DNA from: Lingula anatina | Lineage: Eukaryota > Animalia > Brachiopoda | DNA length: 64,000 nucleotides | Assembly (NCBI GenBank): GCA_051362555.1 | Contig: CM120642.1 | Location: 26,598,001-26,662,000 of the forward strand | Reading direction: 5' to 3' | In this document: piece by piece, positions 49,925 to 63,468 of the stretch | Layout of the letters: the number at the start of each line of letters is the position of its first letter | Position numbering within the stretch: the first letter of the stretch is position 1 | Made by a program: the position numbers and the translations under genes | Notes under the pieces: model-generated | Told to the model about the DNA's origin: nothing | What the model saw: only the letters and a program-made list of their open reading frames with translations | Databases searched by the model: none

Positions 49925-52900
49925 TCAGAGTGACTCATAACCTCCTCCTCCACCAAGAAATGCTTCAAGGTCATCCATAGTCTCGCCAATTTCGTTCGGT
50001 TCGCTCTCTATTTTCTTCTTCTTTTTCTTCTTCTTCTCTTTAGTCTCTTCTTCCAGTGTCTGACCCTCATCCTTTGCTTTACTCTTCTTGGACTTTGTTT
50101 TCTTAGGCTTTCCTTCCTCCTTCAAAAATTAAAATATATACACATACAGCATGTATAAGGTAAATGAACAGAAAACAGATGCCCTTATCTGTTAGCCAAT
50201 TATTTCACCTTTCAGATATGGTAATAATATTATAATATTAATAATAAAAATAATATTTTTTCTTGCAACTATAAGTTGGATTGTACATGCGCCATATAGG
50301 AGTGATAAAAGTAACTAAAACACATTATGGCATTGTCCACTTAAAAGAATTCAATGATTAAAATATCAAATCAATCTGTTTTTTTAATATAGGTCAGTAA
50401 CCATCACTAACCATGCAGTATGCATGTGCATGTAAAAATTTAACCAAAAGAATCTTCAAAATAAAAACATAATTATGGGACCCAGAACTTCACCAAAACA
50501 ATAAGGCAATACCTGTTTGTCTTTCTTCTTTTTCTTTTTCTTGGTTTTAATGGTGGTATCTGGGGTTTCATTCTCTGTTTCCGGACGGCTACTAGACACT
50601 GTAATAAATATTGCATACATGAAGATTCAGTAAATATTTCATTAAAATCTTTATTAGTTATCATTGTCAACTTAAAAAGACACTGGTGTTCATCAGATTT
50701 AATAAAATTTAATTTGGCAAATCTAAGTCAGTGCCAATGCTTTGTCTTTGACTGCAAGTATTGAAGCTGCCTCCAACATTGAATTTGAAGCACAGCATTT
50801 TATAAGGTTATCCATGTTTTCATTACCAGTTTGAGAGAGAAGTATGAAGGTGATATCAGATATTACCTGATCCTGCAGATAACCCTTTCTCCAGTATACT
50901 GAGGTCTTCAAAGAAAAGCGAAGACCGCTGTTCGACTGGTGGCACCTCCTTTTTATCCTGAAAAGATACCATGTACTATGTTATGCTTGTGTAATGTTGC
51001 TTGAACATTATTTTCTAAAATATGGACAGAATATGTTATGGTTTATCAAAATCTAAATTAAATGACACTATAAATATATGTATTTCTAATAAAAGCTCCT
51101 TTTTGTTGAATTTAGCATATAAATGATGACAACTTATGACAGAAAATCTGGGTGCATAGGATATCTAACACCAATCACATTAAATTTGTTACAGTAAAAC
51201 CTGAAATTGGACTCAACAAAAAGGTGACATGATGACAGTCTCCATGTACCCTACCTCAGTGTCTATCACAACCACAGGTTTCTTCACAGGATGCAAGTCC
51301 TCGTCCCCTTCACTGACATCCAAGTCACCCAATATTGCCACGTGATTTGCAGCCAGCCTCTCCTCCTCACTATCAATAGAAACAGTGTCCACGTCCTCCT
51401 GAAGTACACTGGGCTGGTCAACGTGTGTCTGAACTGGAGGCTCTTCATCGGAGTCTGTAAGTTCTACATCCTTTGCACTTTTTTTCTTTTTTGATTTAAC
51501 TTTATTTTTCTGTGAAATGGATTTGCTGTCACTTTCACTACTAGTTGTAGACCTCTTTTGTTCTTTAGTAACAGATTTTTTATCTTTAAGTGAAGGCTGC
51601 TTCATTTCAGTTTTTTCGTCTTTTTGAGCAACTGGTTGTGGAATAAGCACAGAACTAGATGGCGCTTCATCAGGAGAGTCCAAATCCTCATCTAACATGA
51701 TCCCTGGTTGATTTGCATTGTCATCATCATCACTGGATAATTCTGCTGTTCGTGGTTTTGTCTCCAACTCCTGTGTTTGCTTTCCTGTTGTTTCGTCTTC
51801 CTCACTAGAGGGCTCTTCATCATGAGGAGCCACTCTGAAGTCTGCTGCAGGTTTTGGAGGTTCTTCATCTTCAGAGTCCAGTTCATCTTGGAATCCTGCA
51901 ACCATGGGATTGCCACCACTGTCATCACTAAAATTTCAAAAACCATACTGTATCAACATGCAGTTAAAGAATTGTTGACTTTTCATTTAAGTGTCTTCAT
52001 ACCCCACCTCCCCCCCCCCCCCAAACATTCAGAACACAAACTATATTGCCAGATTTAGTCCCCCAATGATTACTATCTAACCATATACAATACAGGAGTT
52101 CAACTGTTAAAATATCTGGAAGCCTTCAAAGGGTACCTGCCCAATGAATTGAAAGGACTATATAATGACACTTTCATTTCTGCACCAAAAACACTCTTTA
52201 CCTTTGAAAATATCTTTCAATAAGCCATTATGACTCACATCTTACATCAACAACTAACTAGAGTCACTTGTACAACTGTGGGACACGCCCCTTAACACAA
52301 CCGCCTCAACCTGTCACCAAGTACCTGTCACTGTTGTCCTCTCGCTTTTGAGTCTTGACATCTTTGGAGTCCTTGGTGTCCTCCAGAAACTCTGCATCAA
52401 GACCTTCCTCTGGTACAAAGTCCTCCACACTGCCTACCTGAGGCTGACCACTGGGCTGTATTACTAAGCCTGATTGAATATAAAAGGTATAATAAATATC
52501 ATAGCAATTTTATATCGGCTAATGATACACCACATCAAGTATAGCAATCTTATGTTCTATAGAAGACAAAACATCATTAAATCAATTACAGCAGAAGACA
52601 GAGATGCATCATACAATTGCGATAATTTTACAAAAGAGAACAGTGATATACATATCATAGCACTTGCAGTTATCATATTTTACTTTAAACAATCTTTAAA
52701 AAAAAGGAGCTGTAACATTAAAATGACAGACCATTTGAAATAGGTATAAGTCTTTCACTTTTAGCAGCAGTTTACTGTATAAACAATAATCCATGGTTTT
52801 TAATAACTGGTACAACATGTATGTATTATAATCGTTTTCCTTCACCAAAAATTTGATTGACCAACTTTTGTATTAAAAGTAAGATTTATATTTCAAGGAA

Positions 52901-55769
52901 ACATACCCATTGTTTAAAAAAATGTGCACATGGGAGGGGTGAGTTTGGAAGCATGGCTGGCTGTTTTGACCCATGAATGCCAATTTCACCAAAATCTCTG
53001 GTCCGCCTTCACTACTGCTTTGTTTTGGTCTGGGAGCTGGCAAATTTGTTCATGACTGGGTTAAAGGCTTTTACATATTTTTTACTTAATCAACTTTAGT
53101 GAATCATGTTCTTTTTGTACCTGTCTGTTTCTCCTGTTTCTCCTGCTTATCCTTGTTGCCAAAGAACCTGGACATGAACCCTCCACTCTTCTGTTCCTGA
53201 GCCTGAAGAGAGGGTGCAGGTGGTTGTGGAGATGCTGATAACTGATTGGCTGATGGGGAGACCGACATCGTCTGCTTCTCTTGCTGACTAACTGGGAGAT
53301 TTGGGTGGGAAATTGACTTTGGCATCACATTACCTGTAATATATTTGAGTTTTGTTGAACATCAGCATAATTTAGTACTCGATTATTTAAATCAGTTGTA
53401 CAATTTATTTTTGTAGAGTACTAGTGATTGAGATGCCAACTACCGATACGGGCATCCATAGTATCTTTCTCATAAGAAATATGTTAAATCTATCAATCTT
53501 AAACAGTTACAGGTTTTTCCTCATGTTAATCTTTCATAATTCTATTCCAAATTATATTTTAATTAATTTTGTTTTTGAAAATTTAAAAACACTTACTGGA
53601 TTGAAAATAAAAGTGTTTAAAATGAAATTTTCATACAGAAACACAAATATAAAAGTAATAAATTAACAAACACAGTGAATTCCAAATTTATCAAATGATA
53701 TTGATAATCCTATCTCCAATTTATATTACCTAATATAAAAATGTTTTTAAGTGTCTGACATACCTTTTGCTTGTTCTGCCTGTTCCTGCAGAGCTGCCTG
53801 TGCTGCTTTTTCTGCTTCCTCTTTCTTCTTTGCTTCCTCAATGGCTTTTACTGCAAGTTTTTCCTGCTGGGCTCGTCTTTTCTCTGATACACCCTCAATA
53901 AACCTGCAAGAAACAGGGATTGTGTGAAACGTTGGCTTTAAACTTAAGATATTCTTAAGTTTAAAGTGAATAAAGTTAAGATAAACTGATATTCTTTATA
54001 AGGAACCTTTTAATGTTCTGTATAAAATGTTATAGTTATCAATTAATCTATGAGTCTTCCTACAACTAGAAAGCATCACTGCATTCAAACACTTCTGAAT
54101 GCTACAGTTCCTCATAACTTTTTCTACTGACAACATACAAAAAAACAATCAAAGTAATATACTTAAGATAAACTTTTTCATTTCCTAATCATAGCGAAAC
54201 TGTTAACACGCCCCTTTCTACCAATCAGAGACATAAACAATTCACACCATTCACTTTCTAGTTAAGGTAAATATAAGGGACTCACATGTCATAGTTCTGT
54301 TCTTCAGACTCTTCCTGTATATCTAACTCTTCCAGTACAGCACTGAACTCCTGCACATTGATCTCTAACTGTTTCAGTAGCGTCTCTTTCTGTAGAATAG
54401 CAAAACTAAACTGGATTGGTTTTAAATCAATTACAATAAATTATTAATATATTCTGTTTTGGTGATTGCATTCACTTGTTTTCATATTATAATACAAATA
54501 GGGAATATAGTATAATTATATAGTAAAAACTGTTGCCCCTCATATATATTGTGCAAAATTAAATCAGATAACGTATATTTATCTGAAGTAAAATGATGAA
54601 ATAAAAATGAAAAACATGAACAGGTTTAACAAATTAATCAAATAATAAATGTAACATAAAGTTATATATGCTAATTGAATATTTTATGAATGCCACTTTA
54701 AGAAAAAACATTAATTGTAAGTAAAAATAGAAAACATTTGAATTTTTTTCATAAAATGGCAGGTATCAGTAAATATGAAGAATATGATATTACCTGTAAC
54801 TGCAGGAAGGGTAAATTGAAGAATTTATGAACATATTTTAAACCAAATCCATTCCTCATGGATGATTCCATACATCGAATGGGCGCTGAGTTGTCAGGTC
54901 TGCAATGATAAAATGAAAATAATTAAAAATATTTGAAGGTTTACTTTAATTTTGTATTGTACAAATTATAAATGATATCTTCCCCTCTCTCTCTCTTTCG
55001 CACGCACGCACGCGTTGCACACATCTATATCCTGCCTTTTACCTGTTCCAATTGTGAACATTTTGTTTAAAGTGTATTCATTTCTCTCATCATTACTTAA
55101 CCTACCTGTTTTCCTGAACTTCCTCTATGAGGTACTTTATCTTTTCGTCCAACACTGTTCTGTGATGGCCCATATCTCTGTGGTTGGACATAATTAACAC
55201 TGGAATGGTGTGGGGAACTTTGGGCAGCTCTCTCTCAATGTAATCAAATGTCCTAAAGCACATTTTGAAGTCAATCAAATAATGATCACATTAAAATATT
55301 TCAGAATGTATTATTTGAAAGTTCATGGGCTTATAACATAATATGGGCTATAACTGTATGGCTGGTGTTACACAAAACTGAAACACACCCTTCTTTCTAC
55401 TTTTTTAAAAAATGTTTTAATGTGTTGGAAAATAATGATGTGAGTTCAAGGTTAAAAAATTTGCCATTTGAAAATGAGATGCCATAGATACCGATGCCAT
55501 AATATTAAGAAATTATAATGTTTGCCTGTATTACAAACTGCTTTAAAGATTAATTCTTATGGCTTTAATCGCAGTTCACCATTGCTTTGTGATATCCAGC
55601 ATCAAAATAACACCATGTGTTCCTTTGTAAACATCCACAAATTGAGCATCCAAACACGGCTCACTGGGCTCCTGTAACAGATATGAACAGCATCAATGTG
55701 AAAACTGTTTGGAAATATATTCCATGCAACATCCGAACATGAGCAGCTAGATACCCCCCCTCCAAAAAA

Positions 55770-55800
<31 letters not shown>

Positions 55801-55805
55801 TAAAA

Positions 55806-55836
<31 letters not shown>

Positions 55837-58800
55837 ACACAAAAAAATCAAATGCCCAAGATAAAAATAATATTGTCATTTGCTGTAGGCAAACAGGCAA
55901 ACATAACCACAAATCAATTCTAAATGTATGTACAATTATGAGACACTGTACTTGATAACAGGAAAGAAATCAGGGCTTGCAGCACAATCCCTGGAACAAA
56001 TAATCAATATACACGCAGCAGTCTTCAGTAAAAAGTGATATGCCAATATCAAGCTTCATGGAATTGTCAAACAAGAGTCATGGCATACATTTGACAGAAA
56101 TAAAGTTGCAGCCATGATTTCATATTTTAAGCTTTTAAAAGATTCCTCAACATCTGAAACTATCACCCTCAGAGAGCAAAAAAGCCAATATTTTTAAACT
56201 GTCAGTAATCTCCCTAAAAAGTGACTAACTGGTTATTGGTAGAATTCAGTTTTTGTGCCAATAAAAATCCACAAAATTACAGACACATATACGAATTCAC
56301 TGTTATCAGACACAACACAATGAATCATCCAAGTGCAAGGTTATCTGCAAACATCAATGCTCTGAGCCATATTCCAACATTGTTGATGTACTATATATTA
56401 TTTATCAACACACACAAGCTTCTTTAATGCCAATTTGAATAATCATACTCCAGCTAGCACAAAACAAGTATTTGAGTATGGTTATTCCTGAAGACAAATA
56501 TATTGCACATAAAGATACCATTTAACATTTATAAAGGGTATTTAAGAACTAAAACATCATTTTAATATTGGGATTTAGTGACCAAGGAATCCTATTCCGT
56601 GTAATGTGATTTCAAAAGATCTGTTTTAACACTTTCAACAAATTTCAAATTAATGCTGCTTTAACTCCTGTACACTTTAATATTGGATCAAAAAGTTCAT
56701 ATTCAAAGTTGTCAAGTTACAAAGCAAAAACTAGCAAAATTCAAGGCTTCTAATTATTTATCAATTTCAGAATGCAAAAATAGGATTTCACTATTCTTAT
56801 GAAAAAAACACACTGACTGCTATCTGTATATTTAAGACCAGCCCTCAAAATCTATCAATGAGACAATTAAATGATATACCACAAACAAGCATTTACCTCC
56901 TCTTCGACTACATTGTCCAACTTCAATCCATCAGACTTTTTCTTCTTCTTTCCTTTATCAACCACATCCCAAACCTCCACTTTCACCACATCATCTGTGT
57001 TCTTGTAATTCCACTGAATGCTTGCAACCTGATATCAAAATAAGACTGGAAATTATTTGCTGCCTTTAACAAGTATGCAATCCACTCTTCTGTTATATCA
57101 ACTTACACGTTAATGTTGAAATACAAAGACATAAATTGAATTCTATCAATTCCACTCTCCCAAACTTTTAAACAAAAAACAAACAAACAGATAAGTTATT
57201 GAAAATAATTGTGCTGACCACAATAAATGACACAGATACACATTTTGAGGTACAACTTAAGGGTCAATCACTTCTTTAATATCGAATGACCTTTCAATAG
57301 CTAATAGAGTAAAAATTTGGTACCTGTCAAATATAAAATAAATGATAAATAAATATGTACCTGTATTTCATCGGTGGGGATATATTCCTCTTTGAATTTC
57401 TGGCCTTGTAATCGATAAAACAAACATGTTTTTCCAACGTTCCTGTCTCCCTTGATGATGATTTTCACTAGAACAATCAAAATAGCCATTTATAACATAC
57501 TTTAACTTTTGTTAAGACAATAAGATTGAATGAATAAAATTCCATCTTGTTCTTTTAGATCAGGAAACATCACAACAAACATGCAGAAACGATAACATGG
57601 AAATAATGATACCGTTCTGGAAAAAGTCCTTACACCAAACTATAGATGAGAGATAAACACTATTGGCCGATTTCATAAAGGAGGTTTAAAGTTAAACCTG
57701 GTCTAAAGTGAGTTTACACCAGGTTTAGGGATTGCCTGCATTTCATAAAGGAGGTTTTAGTATTGGACCAGTGGTCTAGTAAAACCTGGCTTAACATCAT
57801 TCTAAACCTGGTCTAGACAGGTTTGTGTTTCATAATTGAGGTCTAAGTTTTTGATACCCGGATTATGGACACAGACCAAGTCTAAAAATAAACCTGGTCA
57901 GACCCAGGTTTTAACTCTGTAGCTTCGAAAAAAGATCTATCACTGCTTGGTTTTCTTGACTTAATTCAACCTCTTTTGGCCCCCCTCCAGTCTTTTTTGC
58001 AGCTTTTTTAACTTTTGCAAATTCTTTCTTAGCTTTTATTTTCGCTCGTTTCCAGAAGTCTTTCACCTGCCTTTCAGCTCTTTTCTCGGCTTGTGGAAAA
58101 TGTGCTGCCAATCTTGTTAGAATTTCTTTCCACGCCTCATTTTTTCTTTGACTTGATGTGACATCATTTTTCTTTGATTCAGTGATGTTGGACTTCTCCT
58201 TTATTAGTTCTGAGATGTATCCCTTCTCTTCAGCAGAAAAATTCTCCGCTCTCTTTCGGCTCATTTTCACGTGCTCTTTACTTCCAAAGTTTTTTCTCAT
58301 ATGAGCTACACAGCTTATCTGCTTCAACGCTAGTGTGTGTCATCTATTCATTTACGCCTACCTGATTGACACAGTTCAGTGATTTCTTTGTCTATGTAAT
58401 CCTGTTACATTCAAACAGGAGGTCAAGGACAAGTTAAAACTGGTTTAGCTAAACCTGGTTTTCTGGCATTCCTACACTGTTAGTGAAATGCAATTTAAGT
58501 CTTGAGTTAGACTAGGTTTTGCTAGACTAGGTTTTAGCCTTAAACTAGGTTTAGTTAAACCTCTTTTATGAAATCGGCCGTATGTGTTAAGTGACTGATA
58601 TCTTGGGAAAATTATGTAGATGAGAAGAACATTGAATCAGGCTATCAGCTTAAGTTAACAGTGTTGCATCCAGGGGCGTAACCAGACCTTTGAAAATTGT
58701 ACGCACAGATTTTGAAAATTCCCAGGTACGATTATATTCCTTGAAAAATACTAGTACACTGAATTAATGGAGAATAATATCATGGTTGGCTCCAAAAATT

Positions 58801-59080
58801 GTACGCACAGTGCATCCGTGCATATGCCTGGTTACACCCCTGGCATCAGAGGAATAAGCAAAAGTAATGTAAAAGACAGGAAAACAAGCAAGCAGAAACG
58901 CAGTTAAATGTAACTTGATTAATCTTGCTACTCACTGTTATACTGCACTCCTTTTGCAAATTTTCTTTGCAGGCTGACACCCATGGTTTGCATCCCAGGG
59001 GGTGGGGTAGCACTGGCAACCTGAGACTGCGCTGCCTTTTCCTTGTCATCTCCAGAAAACAGTTTCTTAAAGAAGCTCAT
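49925..59080 (-). CDS. RABL6: Rab-like protein 6 (RBEL1/PARF/C9orf86)
   Basis: ~14 exons (59080-58936, ~57468-57361, ~57028-56896, ~55671-55581, ~55252-55104, ~54899-54794, ~54389-54287, ~53903-53765, ~53334-53121, ~52469-52325, ~51928-51255, ~50958-50867, ~50598-50512, ~50121-49925). Motifs [73 protein letters not shown]-terminal [16 protein letters not shown]. Confidence 0.93.
55771..55836. repeat. (AAAT)n microsatellite
   Basis: Direct reading. Confidence 0.85.
57664..58580 (-). mobile_element. Internally deleted PIF/Harbinger transposon in RABL6 intron 1
   Basis: TIRs GGCCGATTTCATAAAGGAGGTTTAA ... TTAAACCTCTTTTATGAAATCGGCC; 3-bp TAT flanks; many subterminal AAACC(T/A)GGT repeats; carries a Myb/SANT ORF but no transposase. 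Confidence 0.85.
57911..58264 (-). CDS. Harbinger-type Myb/SANT-like DNA-binding protein (element ORF, probably C-terminally truncated)
   Basis: [21 protein letters not shown]...ESKKND...RKNEAWKEI...[11 protein letters not shown]...KTGGGP is the typical trihelix/Myb signature of the Harbinger second ORF. Confidence 0.8.
   Translation of the reverse strand: MSRKRAENFSAEEKGYISELIKEKSNITESKKNDVTSSQRKNEAWKEILTRLAAHFPQAEKRAERQVKDFWKRAKIKAKKEFAKVKKAAKKTGGGPKEVELSQENQAVIDLFSKLQS
58671..58842. mobile_element. Short non-autonomous TIR element (CAG ends, hAT-like), 5-bp TSD
   Basis: CAGGGGCGTAACCAG ... CTGGTTACACCCCTG flanked by GCATC on both sides; internal repeat AAAATTGTACGCACAG twice. Confidence 0.75.
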
Positions 59081-60460
59081 GACGATTGTTGCTTTAATGA
59101 CGACAAACGCCAACAACTCACACGAGTTCGATTATTTTCTGTCCAAGACAGATGGTAACTCAACTCCAGTTTGGTCTAAACAACACACTTTACTTCCAAT
59201 TCCTTAGGGTGTTCATGCATCAGAACAGAAAACTGCATTTCAATGAAGACAAGAGACACTGTGCATCATTGTACTATGCCTGCGTGTCTATTTGCGGAAA
59301 TATCACACAAATATAGAATATTGCCACCTTGGGATAGATGCCTAACAACACTTCCGATCACCTGCTGCGCAAGCAGGAAATATTTACGCGAAAAACTACT
59401 CCCAAACGAGGTACTATCAGTTTCAACAAAAACATCAGTTTGTGCAGTTCAATTTGTAATGATTTATAAGTCGCTTTATCCATGTCTGATAATTTCATGC
59501 TGAATCTTTTACTAAAGCTCGTGTAAATTTGAGGCGCATGAATACGTCGGGTGAGTATTCTCAACAAACACAATTTAATATCTCAACTATCGCAGTGAAT
59601 GCTTTCTGTAGTTCAAAGGTGAAATATCAGAACTACATGTACAGATTTTTGTTCTGAACGAAGGCGATTAGTAAATTGAAGTTTTTTTTTTTCAATTTTG
59701 CAGCTAAATAATATAAGTCCAGTGTGAGGAAGAAATAATACATAAAAATAATGATAGTCAGGTAATAGTTCATGTTTCGTAATTTATTGCCACACCTAAT
59801 TTTGCTGTTACAAACAGCAAGAAATTAAGGATCCACATCATCAAGGATGCAAATCACTAAACGAAACTACTTTCCATTTCATGATTGTAGGTATTAACAT
59901 ATGTCCAACTAAAAACTGTTCTTTTATATTAAACCCATATCCAAACATTACTGAGAATATACTGTAGATAAAAGTGAACGAACATAGTATACACTCAGAT
60001 AATTTGCAGTGTTCATAGAAAATGAAAATTTACAATACCAAATAATATTTAAAAGTAATTTATCATTCTTAAAAAGTTGCACAAAAAGACATGCAAGCAT
60101 CCAAAAATATAATTTTCGGTAATAAATAATTATGATCTGTTAAAAGTCGACAGTTGTGTTCTGAAAACAAGTGACCCCCATTAGCTTATTTTTATTTCAT
60201 TCCGACACTGAAAAAGGCTAACAATTAATTTGCCAAAGTTAATAACAAAATGCATCCCATACATACAAAGGATAGGTAAATGTGCTACCCAATGAGACCT
60301 CATATATGATTTTTTATATACCAATGACATCTGTTCATTTATTTATTCATTCATACAATGTTATTCGTTTTAGGCCACACAGCCATGTTTTAAAATGGCA
60401 TGGGCTCAAAGCATCATGTGTGACCTGAGAAAAAAAAATATAAATACCACTTTGAGCTAC

Positions 60461-63291
60461 TTAATTTAAGTCTGGATTCAATACACTCAACATTGCACCA
60501 ACAAGATGCAAGCTCCCAGTCACCAAGACATGGACAGTACTGGCAGTGCTAAGGATTTCTGGGAGGTCCACATTACTAGGAATAGGTCCAGCCTCTCCGC
60601 AAGATACAAAACCTAACGTGTCCACTATAGTGGGAAATGCATAGGTTGGAATGGTTGCCTTGTGTGAGAATGGATGTGGAGCTGAGGTAGAATTGGCAAA
60701 ATCATTCAGTTCATTTTGTGCATACGATTTTGTGAGGTTTTCATTCACGTCAGAGTCAATGTCCAACTCCTTCAAGTTGTACTCCTTTTTTGATCGTTTC
60801 CGTGGGATACCTTCAATATCATGTTCATCCGAATCACTGGGACCATTCGCAGAGGCAGTTTGAAGCAACTGGACAAAGGCCTCTTTGTTCTGTTGGCAGC
60901 GCAACATTTGCTTTTCCATGGTTACCATATTGTTTGTCAAATCTGAAGTAAAGATGTTAACATCATGACAAATTAATATAAAACAAATGAAATTCAAAGA
61001 TGTTTGCAAGTATTTGGTTTTTAAAGAAATGTGACAAAATTATCTGTCAATAAGCTAAATTCATATATTATTTGCTGCCTCACACATTCTGTTGCAAGAT
61101 ATTTCTAGGTCATTTCAATAAAGTAAGTAAATACTTAAAACTGTACCTGCATGGTCTCCACTAGTTGAGACAATATTAGGACAAAACACTGCACAATCAA
61201 AACCACATCCCTGAAAATATCAACGATTTTCAACGATCAACGATTTTCCTTCATCTATATTCCTATAATCTAAATCATGCTCACGTTTAAAAAGTTTATA
61301 TCACATGTTAATGATACACCATTTCCATAGATTTTTAGATCGATCTATCCCTGTGGAGAGTCTCACTAGATTACTGTCAGCTTGGCCGGCTTAAGCGTTT
61401 GTCCCGCCTACTAAAAGCTGTAAGAGGGTTATTAACTATGGTGTCCGCTCGGCTGACTGCAATATAGCGTGAACCCCCAGGGAGTTAGGTCGATCTAAAT
61501 CTTAATCTTTAGATCGATCTAAATCTCTGGGAAAGCACCCTTAGAAATTCAGAATTCTTTATTCTTGCACAAATAATGTCTCCATCCCTTTAACTACAGG
61601 GGAGAGGGGGGGGGGAGCAGCAGCATCACAATATCAATAAGAAAACTCTTGACTTCTTCCTTACCGCAAGTGGTTTCAGTATTTTTCTTGACTCCCTCTC
61701 TCCTGTGGAATTGAAAAGCAACACACGTACAATTCTGCCATTTCTGAAAATTAAATTAAATTTAAAGAGAAATGTTTGTTTCTATATTCTATTTAAATTC
61801 ATAATTGAAAGTTCATGAAAAAGAAAATTCTTCAAGTAATTAAATATTTAATACAAAATTTACAGAAACTGTTTACTGTATCACATAAAAGAAATGTCAA
61901 TTGTTTCACAGATATATTAAATAATATTCTTTTTACTTTTCAAGAAATAACATGTGGCTGTACTGTAAAAAAATATTTTCAAATCCACATAAGTAATATT
62001 TTCCTTTTATCAGCAAATATAACAATAAATATTTCAACAGTGAACAACAAAAATGACTGGATCCTTAATACTTACTCCTTGTTTTCTCTTGATGAAGCTT
62101 TATTGAACCACTCTCCACAAACCTATTCAACAAAGCAAGAAAAATTGTACAAAGTCTAAATCAAACTTTAAGTCAAAACATCAAATGAGAATACCGTTTT
62201 ATTACTTAACAATTACATAAAAGTCAATAAACACATAAAATATATTCATGAACATATTAAAGCTAGCTAATATTATAAATCAAACAAATCACTAAATATT
62301 TAAACTTTACATTTTGTACACAATTTAATCTAAAATAGTCATAAACTAAACCTTTTAAAATTATAAAAGTGCTGTCAAAAAGTATAGCTGAAATCTAGTT
62401 TCCTCAGTCTACATCAGTCTAAACTATCACCTCAATACTTCTTGGGGTATGGGCACCATCTAGAAAATAAGTAATCCTGCCCTGCTTCAGTGTTTGACTT
62501 CGACCAGGCCAGCTGCACTTCTTCAGACCTGCAAAACATTAATATTATAAATTTGCATACAAGCATGCATAGTAGTGCACAGAATTATAATCATTTTGAA
62601 CAACTGATATTCAATAAATCATTAATACAGAGAATGGATTTTCCTCTGAGAATATACACGTCAGAAAAACATATGACATCAGTGCACATTCTACAGATTT
62701 CACTTCCAACGATACAAAATTCTCTCAGTCAGAAATAGCTCCATTTACAAAATTTTACCTTGGTGATAAAGATCTGTGACTGCGAATATATTTGCTTCTG
62801 GGATTCCATCTACATTTTCACTCTGGCCATGAGGTTGAGGGGGAATGACACCATTTTTAGTAAGATCTACCAAACAAAAAGGGTGTAAAGTAAAGGTAGT
62901 CTCTATTTTGCTTTAATTTAGAGCCGTAAATAAACTATTTAAAACCAAATGATCTCCCAGTGACCTAAAAACAAAAAATTAGCACAGAAAATGTATCACT
63001 TATAAGTCTAGCCATTATCAGTAAAAAAATTCCCAAAGGTTCAAATCATGAATACATAATTTTTTTCAAATTCCGTTTAATAATCAGTCTTCATATTCAT
63101 ATATATACTGCAAATAATAAGATAATAAGAATATACCTACCCTGTTGCCCCTTCATCTTCTTCAACCATGTATGACATAGTTGTAAAGCAAGTGAAGCGT
63201 TGTTATATTGTACATCACCTGCAATACCCAACTCCAAAGAGCTTGATGACCAGCCATACTTCTCTATAGGTGGAGCTAGTGTCAGTGAACT
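60461..63291 (-). CDS. FPGS: Folylpolyglutamate synthase, 3' part (gene continues beyond window end)
   Basis: Exons ~63291-63141 (LGIAGDVQYNNASLALQL), ~62866-62759, ~62528-62431 (WPGRSQT, YFLDGAHTPRS), ~62121-62075, ~61743-61666 (LFNSTGER), ~61210-61147 (AVFCPNI), 60942-60461 ending VHVLVTGSLHLVGAMLSVLNPDLN*. Confidence 0.92.
61314..61540. mobile_element. PIF/Harbinger(Tourist)-like MITE, copy 2 (inverted relative to 671-886)
   Basis: Reverse-complement similarity over the full length, e.g. GCGTGAACCCCCAGGGAGTTAGGTCGAT and GTCCCGCCTACTAAAAGCTGTAAG. Confidence 0.75.
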
Positions 63292-63420
63292 CTAAAAGTA
63301 GAAGAGATTTTATGTAATGTGTACAGCCATGAGCAGAAAGATAAAACACTTTTGTAAGAGAAGGATTGCTACAATCTTACTATATTCACAACACTCTCTC
63401 CTATTGAATCAAATTGTTAT

Positions 63421-63422
<2 letters not shown>

Positions 63423-63466
<44 letters not shown>
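63423..63466. repeat. Poly-A run (~44 nt) in FPGS intron
   Basis: Direct reading. Confidence 0.85.
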
Positions 63467-63468
<2 letters not shown>

